Shown here: in pieces, positions 53,480-64,000 of the stretch
Position numbering within the stretch: the stretch's first letter is position 1
Layout of the letters: each line of letters begins with the position of its first letter
Translations under genes and position numbers: made by a program
Assembly (NCBI RefSeq): GCF_006345805.1
Contig: NC_042997.1
Location: 96,038,001-96,102,000 of the forward strand
Length of the DNA stretch: 64,000 nucleotides
Origin: Octopus sinensis
Taxonomy: Eukaryota
Reading direction: 5' to 3'
Notes under the pieces: model-generated
Told to the model about the DNA's origin: nothing
The model's database searches: none
Seen by the model: the letters and a program-made list of their open reading frames with translations, nothing else

Positions 53480-55083
53480 TTATTAATCATTGAAATAAAA
53501 CTTATAATAAGTTTATTGCATAAGCATATTGTCAGTTGTAGGCGAAACACCAATATAATAACAGAGAAAAGTTGTGTTCATTAAAAATAGCCACAATATA
53601 TTTCCTTGAATTGAAATGGAAAGGAAAAGGGTGATATAAAGTGAGCTCATTATATAGATATTATAGTTCACTGCGATTCACCACCAGTGGAAAACAAAGC
53701 AACGGCTGCCTCCTATGACAACTGGGGTACAATTGCACCACTCCATTTACTACACACCTCACCGAGTAAGATGTGATGCTGGAGGCAGTGAAAGACGCAA
53801 GGTGCCAATTAGGAATTACGAGCATTTACAAATTTGGTGGGTAATAAAATACCTCATATGACTGACGCAGGTTTAAATCTCTCTTGCAAATGGAGAACAA
53901 ATGTCGACTCGTCACGGGATAGAAGCCGTGTGGATATATTTTGCAACATTTTGAACGTAACCATTATATACACTATGCCATATTTTTGTTATCGTGTTCT
54001 ATTTAAATTTACAGTACATTCAAGCGAAGGACAGCGTCAGCAAATGATACGTTGCCCTTGTTTGTCTCTATTTTCCAGTATCTTCACTTTCATTGCGTAC
54101 TTCTCTCGTCAATTATCAAGATACTATTGACTGGCAGAAACTTTAAACTGTAAGATAATATACTTAGCTGTACAAAGGCATGGTTCTTTTACGTCCATAA
54201 ATTAAATCATGAATGCCCATCATATTTAATTCGTTAAAATATAGTTTCAACCAAGTACTGGGTTTGATGGTATATATCAGCGAACCCTCTCAGAAGGAAG
54301 TAATTGATTGCCTTGTGCTTGAATGATATACTGTTATTATATTATGACTGTCAGAATTGAGCATCATATAATAAGCAAGGATGCTCTCTCATATCTTCCC
54401 TGCCCTTGTAGTAAATTTTATTTACGTTGTACAATATTTGTGAACTAATTTAAAATGCGGTACAATGTAATATGACAAAATTTTAACTGCTAATTTTATA
54501 AAAGGATTCAACCGTATTCATGATTCATCATTGACTCAAATTTGTTATGTTCAAATATATTGAAATTATACAGACACAGAGTGGGTTTCAATGTACAATG
54601 TAGCCACACTGTTAACGAGAGAATTGCAAGGTTCAGCTTACACCGCAGATTTTGTGTGCTTTCACGAGAAACCAAGATGTTCAGGTTTAGCTTGTGCTGG
54701 AACGAAATCAATTGCAGCGTGGAAGGTGTTTATAAGCCATCTAAGAAACACACAAAAACCGTTAGTATCACTTCAACATTTAAATTTAATTTTGTTAGTG
54801 AACAGGTCACGGTGTCAAAGCGACGAAAATATTTTGGCAAATTAAATTTAAATGTAAAAGATATACTATTTTCATTTTATGATGTTATCATTGTTGCGAC
54901 CCAGTACAGCCATGATTGAGCAAACTGCTCGCAGTCAATTTAACCACACTTATTTTTATATAACACAGACAATGTGATTTTAAGTAGATTCAGCTGTTAT
55001 GTGTAGCAGAAGCAAACCAAAGAGGTTCCATTTGATGCATTATTTTCTTTAATGTTGTTGTTAATATTAATACATGGTTTCTA

Positions 55084-55270
55084 GGGTGGTGATGTGCCAG
55101 AACATTTAGCGCACCGTGCAAAATGCTTAGCAGCATTCCGTCCGTCTCTACGCAGTGAGTTCAAATTCCACCGAAGTCGACTTTGCCGTTTATGTTTTCG
55201 GGGTCGATAAAGTATCATTTGAGCACTAGGTCTAATCGACTTATTCCCTCTCCCAAACTAGCTGGCCTTT
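55084..55270 (+). mobile_element. SINE family X, older copy
   Basis: AAAATGCTTAGC...GAGTTCAAATTCC...GTCGACTTTGCC...TTCGGGGTCGATAA. Confidence 0.8.
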
Positions 55271-58200
55271 TTTTCAACTAATATTCAATTTATCGTTTCT
55301 TGTTGCCTTTGCTTTGTTTGGTTGGATTTTGTCAGTATATTGCTATTATTAGTTGATCCGTTGAATATGAATGAATACGTTGAATGTCGTATCTTAAAAT
55401 AATGGACTCTTACAAGGATTAGTCACTTACAAAATGATATTAAACATCTCGTCAAATGTAAGAAAAGTTGATATCCTCCGTCCGATGGGACATACTTATA
55501 TTTTCCAGGCAGGTAGTATTTCCTTTATATAAAGAGTGAAATTTATTAAGTGAGAGAAAATAGGGTTTAAATGAATCTAAGCGAAAACCTCAGGCAGCTA
55601 TCTATGCAAAATCTGGCTAACAAAATATCAAGGGAGCACAGTCAGAATTCATATTCATGTAATCCACAGGGTGTTTCATACAATCTGTAATCCCGAAGAA
55701 ATTTCGGAATTTCGAATTGATCAGTTGGTACTTCTACTGCAGAAAATAATAATAAAAAGATGAAGGAACGAAGATGATACTATACAATTGTATAAAAGCT
55801 TTATTAGAGTTTGAACAGCTAGAGGAAACATATTCCTCCTGAATTTATACACTGGTTTATACATATAGAAATTACGAAAATTCATATAATATGCCCTTCT
55901 TGCTATTAGAGTATATTATAAGAATTAAATTTCCATCAAATATCTTGATAGATTTTACTTTTTAGAATATTATAAATTAGAGTTATAAATTAAAAAGTAA
56001 ATGTTCCCCTAGTTAGGAGAGATTTCAATAAATGAATATTGAAGATAAGTGTCACATCAGATCACTTACTCGGATTTATCACAGACTCACTAATATGTCT
56101 TTCTCTGACAGGTCGTCGAAATTGTCAAATTTATTATATGCATCTAATCTATAGTGAAGGAGACAAAACATTTTACACGAAAAAACGGAATTTCAAATAA
56201 ATAACTGTTCCGTACAACCGCAAAATAAAGTAATATTTTCTATATTCTCTATGTGGAATATATTAAAATTTATTCGAAGTACTGGTTTAGTTTCCAATGT
56301 TTAATGTCTATGAACTTTGCCTATATTACAAATAATAGTATACCTAAGGTTACTTGAAATGACCTAGCCAGTGAAGAAAATGAGTAGATCACAATCCACT
56401 TTAACCATTGCAAAAATATAACCAACTGAACGATAAGTTGTGCTCAGTATATTAGATTACAATAAGCAACGACATTCCTTTGTTATGGAATATCAGTAAA
56501 AAAGAAAAAAAGCTGCATGAAATGTATCTTTTAAACTATGAACTCCTGTCCTTTATAAACCGTCGTAATTTTTAACTTCGTGGAAGGTTGTATTTCACAT
56601 ATTATTCTTCAAGAATAAACGTTAGCTTTATCTGGCATACTTGCTTTAGTAACTCTTAATTTCGTAGTCCTTATACTTCTTTTCATTAAAAGATATTGAA
56701 ACACAAGAGTACTTCAATCTTAATTGCTGCTACTAGAATTGCATGTTTGACCCTGGCGGGAAATATGTTATCAGAATAGAAAGTATTTCTTTTCTGACAA
56801 ATTCGAAGATCCTGTTTATTTAGTTCATAAATTAGACATCTTTTAGTTTTTTTCTTTTTTATACAAAACAAAATATTTTCTAATCAAATAGCACTTTTTC
56901 AGACTTCTTGGAAATTATCAGCGCGGTATAGCTCTAGATTCTAGTTAATTATATTAAATTCAGCCTCCTACGATTAAGAGGAAATGTAGAAGAGGGAATA
57001 TAGAAGACAGATGATAGTTCATAATTTAAAAGACATATTTTTACTGCATTTCTTCTTCTTTTTCATTCTAATTTGCTAGTTGTTTAGCTGCAGGGAAAGG
57101 AAGATAGAGAGAATCTTTTAACGTAAAAATTAAATATTACAAAGTTAGCTGTGCCTTATAAGAAAATACATTGGTGTAGCTACATTTAATGTAACTGCCA
57201 CGCACTACTCTGCAAGTCCGGTTTCGTGCATTGTAGATGCAGGTATGGATTACTAGCAGTGATTTCTTGTTATAATATCCTTCGTGATGAGTTAGAACTT
57301 TTATTCCTTCTCATATCGTCTTAGCATTTGCTGTAGGTTATCGTGAATAAACTTAGAAAGGCCACAGAGTCGAAACACAATTTTTGTTCCCTGATGAGAC
57401 ATATATCATCGAAAGGGAGAAAATTTCTTCTCTGAAAAATTTGAAGATTGTATATATTTAGTTCTTAACTTAGATAATTCTTAATCCCTTTTTTTTTGCG
57501 TGGTTTTGGTAAACACGAATAGCACTATTTCAATCCCCTTAGAATTATTTATCGTCTAATCTAATTTTCATCTTATTAAACAAAGTTGATATTTTATGAA
57601 TATGTTTTCATTTATATGATTTGCCAGCTATACAATTTTGTTCTTTCTCTAAATAAAGCATATATTAGATATTGTGTTAATATAAAACATATTTATTTCT
57701 CAAATAATACTCTACGATCTTATTGACATGAATTCTGTATATTTCGGAATCTACTTTTAAGTGTGACACTATACATTTATACACTAGATTTATGTATACG
57801 GATGTGTTAATATTAAAAATGACACACATCAAAGTCGTTTATGACATTTACTAACTTACACCGTTTGTGTCATTATAAATGTTTGTTTGGCATTGAATAT
57901 GAAATTGTTTCATACTTATTCTGTTACATCTGTCTTGCTTCATGTTGTATAAAGGCATAATTGCAGCGTATTAATGTTGAATTCTCTATCTGATATTTTA
58001 CTTACAATTATAGTTCTTCATCTACATAAAATATACCATCTTATTTCTTCATATTTCTCTTCTTAATCTATTCATGCTAAAGCCATCAGCATCAAGTTTA
58101 TTTGTTTTCTAACGATATTCCTGTCATATCAATGATGTTTAAGAAACCTAATGATTATCCTCATATAATAGCGTCAATATGGATGTTACAAGAATACAAC

Positions 58201-59103
58201 GACTACAAATGCTGCATTTTAACGCATTCCAAGTTTGATGTAAAATAGTCTCATATCGAAAAACTTCTGATACCCAGGTTAGTGGAATATGGTTAAAATA
58301 AAGTGCAAATACAAAATTTGAATGAACAAAATAGAAAAATATTGACAGAACCAAATTAATCGATGAAAATTTAGAAAATGAAGCAAGGGAATCTTTTAAC
58401 TGCAAATATATCTGGAAAACCAGAAGAGGGAAAATTAAATGCTATGCTTAATAGAATTATCAATTAAGCTGATATTCATTTGACTCACGGTAAAACATCA
58501 AAAATAAAACTGAAAACCGAAATAAAATAATCAAAAATTCCAATCAATAAAGTAATTTTATCTTTGATTGAGTATTTTAATGGCAGGATGAACTAAAAGT
58601 CAGAGGTCCTATTCGGAGAACTGCTAGGAGAACTGCTAATAAGAAGGTCACAATAATGTCACATTGGGGTGGAGGGGCGAAAAAAAGCGAAATAACGAAA
58701 TCCATTCGGAAATAAAATAATCAATAATACTGGAATAATAGTTAGAACTTTTTTAACCTTTGAGCTACTTTGAAATAAAAGGATTGTAATTAACAAACGA
58801 AAAAATATGAACAGTATCAGAAAACGGAAGAGTACGTTCACGAATATATTCGCTAAGTAAATGATGATGCACACAAACTCTTTAATTTGTTGCCATAAAT
58901 ACGTAATTAATAAGAAAAAGTAGATAAGAGGAATTGTGCCTAGCCTATATTCGTTTCGGAGCAGTATTATTCAGGATAACTTTTAAATAATATTCTTTAT
59001 TGAGCTTTATACAAAGATTCATTCAGCTATCGAAAACATTTGTGTTTACCTCCATATTCCAATTTACTACAGGAAATCAGAGATTATTTTGAATACCGGC
59101 ATT

Positions 59104-59117
59104 TATACTACTACCAT

Positions 59118-59200
<83 letters not shown>
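59104..59200. repeat. (TAC)n microsatellite
   Basis: Read directly. Confidence 0.95.
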
Positions 59201-59201
<1 letters not shown>

Positions 59202-59581
59202 TATATATATATATATGTAATAAGTTCATTTTGCGCTCGGATATCAGTTCAGTTGTTCGGCATACAATTCCGAAACACTGACGTACAAATACAAATACAC
59301 ACATACATATGCAGGAACACGCTGGAACACACATACACATGTGTGCGTGTATGTAGGTGTATAGATATATACACACATTCACACATATACTTAAACGTAT
59401 ATGTACATATGTGTGTGTGTGTGTATTGGTCTGTATAAATGCATACGTATTAAAACGCTTATACTTGTGAATGGGCGCGTACATATATTATTTCTGATTC
59501 TTCTACTTGTTGAAAGAATATTTAATAACTTGCAAAGCATCTCAGAATTCTATCCTACTCTTTACCTATTAAATTTGTTCG

Positions 59582-59618
59582 CTACTACTACTACTACTAC
59601 TATTACTACTACTACTAT

Positions 59619-59668
<50 letters not shown>

Positions 59669-59723
59669 TCACTACTACTACTACCACCACCAACACCACC
59701 ACCACTACTACTACTACTGCTGT

Positions 59724-59767
<44 letters not shown>
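59582..59767. repeat. (CTA)n/(CCA)n microsatellite
   Basis: Read directly. Confidence 0.95.
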
Positions 59768-60771
59768 TAGCTGCTGCTTCTAATACTTCTCCTACAATGA
59801 TCTCTATTGATGTTCCTATTTTTACTATAATTACTTAAACTGCTACTTCTACCACGGCTCACACTACGACTAATTTATATGCAATAGAATACTGTTTGTT
59901 TAATTAATCAGTGGTATCTTACCATGTGGTATACGGCAGTATCCCTTACTCGGCTTTGAAAGAGTCTGATTTACAGGGATTTCAGCTTGCTTTCTGAGTG
60001 TCTACGTCATGAATTTATTACCTCTGCTTACTGAGACTACATGTGAAAGGATGATTTACATTTTATAGCATTCAGAGTTTAGCTTTCTGTAAATGTTCTT
60101 GACTTTCGTCTACATTCAATTTCTTCATGTTTATGTCAGTGTTTTCTTTTTCTTCTTTCTATTACATCTTCGTGTTCCTCTCTGATTCATGCTCTATATA
60201 TGTGCATCATTTCTCGGGTAGCTTGCAACTGTGTCTCTTGTGAATCCAGAGTTAGGCTAAATTAACCCTTATAAACGACAGATAATTACACTTCTGCGTA
60301 TGCAATGATCACTATGAAGAAAATTAATTCAATAAAAATATAGTTTTCAATATCAACATATCACCGACTGCAAGATACACGAATGAAAGAAAATATTAAG
60401 TAAAAATTTTAATGCAGTATAAGATTAATAGATAAACAGAAACAGATGCAAGAAATAAATTGATGTGTATCTATAATCTAACGAAATTTATAATAATGTT
60501 GTTGTCACCTGGAAATAAATACGCATGCACGAAAGTAAGGCAGATACTCAGAAAAAGAAAGATTATACTTGCTGCGAAAATTAGAAATTTATGATATATG
60601 TACTGTGGAACAAAAAAAATAACAGAATAAAACCAAATCAATAGAAATAGTTTAAAAGATCAAAACTAAACATTTTTCCTCTTGTAAAACTAACACATGA
60701 AGCAGAATGTGAAGTGACATCTGCAGCGAAGATGGAAAAAAAAAACCTCAGACAATATAGTTAAGACTAGA

Positions 60772-61172
60772 AAGGCGGCGAGCTGCCAGAAACGTTAGCA
60801 CGCCGGGCGAAATGCGTAGCCGTATTTCGTCTGCCGTTACGTTCTGATTTCAAATTCCGCCGAGGTCGACTTTGCCTTTTATCCTTTCGGGATCGATAAA
60901 TTAAGTACCAGTTACGCACTGGGGTCAATGTAATCAACTTAATCCGTTTGTCTGTCCTTGTTTGTCCCCTCTGTGTTTAGTCCCTTGTGGATAGTAAAGA
61001 AATAGATATTTGTCTGCCCCTACGTTCTGAGTTCAGATTCCGCCGAGGTCGACTTTGCCTTTCATCCTTTCGGGGTCGATTAAATAAGTACCAGTTACGC
61101 ACTGGGGTCGATCTGATCGACTGCCCCCCCCCGCTCAGAAATTTTGGGCCTTGTGCCTAGAGTAGAAAAAAA
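60772..61172 (+). mobile_element. Chimeric SINE X dimer (full copy + 5'-truncated copy with a different tail)
   Basis: Core present twice (to 61005 and 61006-61172); imperfect direct repeat AATATAGTTA(A/T)GAC.AGAA on both sides. Confidence 0.8.
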
Positions 61173-61621
61173 ATATAGTTATGACAGAAGGAGAAGGATT
61201 ACGAATTTTCTTATTACGACATTAGAATGTTAAGTATCTAAGTTCAATACTTGACTAGACAAGACAATCTGGATTTTCACAAAGAGAGAAATCAGACTCT
61301 ATGGCTTAAAAGAGCAAAACTAAATGTCGATAGGATTTATTCTTCTACAAGGTGTATTACTCGAAATAAGTATAGTTAGAATAAATATAGTTATGGAGAA
61401 TGCGAAGCAACAATGAATAAGATTGATTCTGACTGGTAAAATAATAGTTGCAAGGGGGATTACGCGTACAGATGTTTTAGATCAGATGTTGGTGAAAATT
61501 TTCACCTATTGATAGTTAACTACATTTATCGTGTGGATTGTAGGAATGTGTCATTACATAGAATGTTCTGGTAAATAAGATGCTAGTGCGGAAAGCAAAA
61601 ATCATTGAATGGTTGAAAGGA

Positions 61622-61715
<94 letters not shown>

Positions 61716-62702
61716 TGAGATTTATATATTAATATATTAGCAATATATTATTAGTTGTTTACCAGGATGTGAATGAAGATAGCATCTGCATTGTCCTGAT
61801 CTCCCTCAAAACCTCCAGAAACTACTCGTTGATCAAATGGCTAGAGGGAATCCAATGACTGTTGACGAGACCCTTGCGGTCGATAAATGGATCCTCATGC
61901 GCTTCCCAGTGAACTTACATCTTTGGCGTTCTAGAGTCTGGGGAATCTAAGACGCTTCTGTTGGGCACTCTCTCTTTTGTTCCGTGGATCATCTGTAGAT
62001 ATAGATTTCGTCACAGACTCAAGTACACTTAGGTTAAGAGTAACGAATTTAACCATCTCCTTGCTATTACCGACACATCCTTCCTTCCTTCGTCACTGAG
62101 CACCCTGGTGACAAACTGTGCACAAATTATGCGCATGGCCAGGCCTTTAGGAATAAGTCTGTGTCCAGTGGCCACAACAACTCGCAACTGTATTCTTATT
62201 GTTTTTATAGAGATGCGAAGGTTTTTATCCATACCAAATAGCAAATTTTCCCGGTCATCTCTGACGTTCTAATTACGCTCTACCTCTCATTGACACTCAC
62301 CTCCTCTCTATCTCCCATAAACTTTATTTCAGCGAAAAACATCCTCGACACATAAAAAGTAACCCATCAGTAATCCGCAGCATTTCATATGTCTCTGTCG
62401 CGTTCTTGCGCAATTTAACACAACACTTTATAATTTAGCGAGCATACAAATGTTTTGATGTCCCGACTACATCCTGTATACCAGTAGTCTTGACAGGCGG
62501 TGTTTAGTAGAGTGTATTCAACAAGCAGTTACAAAGATCCCTTTTAATCTAGAATAAAAACGATGGCAGGTTTACTTAAAGGATGTATAGTAATAATATA
62601 CAAAAATTAAAATAGCAAAACCTCTCAAATTTCAAAGAATGCATCTCTTATACATGTCAATTAGCTGTGAGTGTGCTCGCAGGTGCTTGTGTGTGTGTGT
62701 GC

Positions 62703-62745
<43 letters not shown>

Positions 62746-62763
62746 TATAAATAGGTATATATA

Positions 62764-62856
<93 letters not shown>

Positions 62857-62861
62857 TTATA

Positions 62862-63612
62862 TGATTTGATTTGATCTAGCCTCAGCTCATGACCTCTGGC
62901 ACTGCTGGGGCACCGCCATTTACTGTTGCTACATAATTTTACTTCATTAATTCTTTAAAAGATTTGGTCCATGCAGGAGTTTGATGCCGCTGCTCTCATC
63001 TGTATCTCCTGCTGTGAAGTTGGTTTATCTGGGACACTTGACAGTAAGAGATCCAGTTTCAATTTGAAGACACCCACATTCACCCTATACAGACCTCTTA
63101 TGTCCTTCGGGATGTTATTGAAGAGCTGTGGTCCCCTAATAACCAAGATGCAGTATCTTGTCGAATATCTTGATGGCAAATTTGGAGTCCTTGGCACTAT
63201 GCAGTGGCGCCCTGTTCTAGTATTTGTGTAACTCTCGATGCCAAAGTTTGGGGCATGTCCTTCCAGTATCTTCCAGATATATATTATAGCAATTCGTGAG
63301 TCTTTCCCAGTAGCTTATATGCTGCACAGTAGCTATCTTCTTCGTGTAGATTCGTTGGATTGCCTCAAGTTCTGCAATTAATTTGACAATGGCTGGTGAC
63401 GATAGCTGAGAGTGATAGTCAAAGTGGCTTAGGATAAGTGTCATGCACAGGAACATCATGGTTTCCCGATCCCTTGTTCTAAAAGTTCTAAGAATCCACC
63501 CGGTGAGCCGCTTGCATTTCATTGCCACCTTAGCAATATGCACATGGAAGGATGCATCATTACTCATGTAAATGCCCAGGTCTCGCCGTGTCGCTGGGAT
63601 TGCAATCCCTCC
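62862..63612 (-). mobile_element. CR1/L2-group LINE 3' fragment
   Basis: RDLGIYMSNDASF...KCKRLTGWILRTFRTRD...LSHFDY...ELEAIQRIYTKKI...SYWERL; GPQLFNNIPKDIR...FKLKLDLLLSSVPD; (GATTT)n tail. Confidence 0.85.
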
Positions 63613-63699
63613 TAAATAAGGATGCCAAGTGCTAGGGACACAAAAAAGGGATAAATTTATCGGGAGTGAAAATCAAAAACATTTACCAATAACGATACA

Positions 63700-63779
63700 T
63701 CCCGGACTGATATCAGTTTCTACCTCTTTCTAGCAAAACAGACAGAATATGTTTGCTAAGGCCGGTTTCATCAGCGAGA
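63700..63779 (-). ncRNA. Type I hammerhead ribozyme motif, canonical core
   Basis: Minus strand: TCTCG-CTGATGA-AACC...GGTA-GAAA-C-TGATATCA-GTC-CGGGA. Helix II is extended (TAGCAAA/TTTGCTA); helix III is the 12-nt palindrome ACTGATATCAGT. Confidence 0.75.
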
Positions 63780-64000
63780 ATCCTGAGTTAAATCGAGATG
63801 CGCAGAGTGTTAGACCATGTGTTGATTTAAACAACTTGCAGATCTTAACTTTTCAAATCTCTGCACAGACTCAACATCTACCCGGCGATATAGGGCATGC
63901 CGGGAAAAAATTTTACGAATAAATCTATCAAGTAATATGTGAATATAATCAAAAGGGTAATAATATAGATTACTACCAGTGGCCCAGCACAAAGGACGAA

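Noticed and set aside
54542-54919. Two overlapping ORFs (125 and 84 aa) as a possible exon
   Set aside because: Weak splice sites and no recognisable domain.
57385-57420. CTGATGA...GAAA motif
   Set aside because: No helix III or NUH partner and no convincing helix I.
61780-62330. GC-richer segment, possible old LINE piece
   Set aside because: No diagnostic motif found.

Overview
AT-rich eukaryotic, repeat-dominated DNA. The SINE families and dense (TA)n/(CA)n/(ATT)n tracts resemble an octopus (cephalopod) genome, which is an inference. No intact host gene, rRNA, tRNA or CRISPR array is supported, and most ORF-track entries are microsatellite translations. The window is a transposon graveyard. 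It holds a co-oriented stack of R4/Dong-type (RT + restriction-like endonuclease) retrotransposons in trinucleotide repeats (7.7-28.7 kb), three Penelope-like GIY-YIG fragments (one with 1.7-kb inverted arms), two mariner relics, a pogo/Tigger relic, a CR1/L2-type fragment, several tRNA-derived SINE families and a MITE. The most notable signal is three otherwise dissimilar small elements, each carrying a type I hammerhead ribozyme motif with a palindromic helix III: (1) a 361-bp structured monomer at 46.2-47.0 kb, inserted as about 2.3 units with a 5' inversion and a 12-bp target-site duplication (a retrozyme-like circular/multimeric RNA candidate); (2) a near-canonical hammerhead at 63.70-63.78 kb that shares a 3' motif with (1); (3) a tRNA-headed SINE with a decayed hammerhead at 33.7-34.4 kb. 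All folds were read by eye and none was computed.
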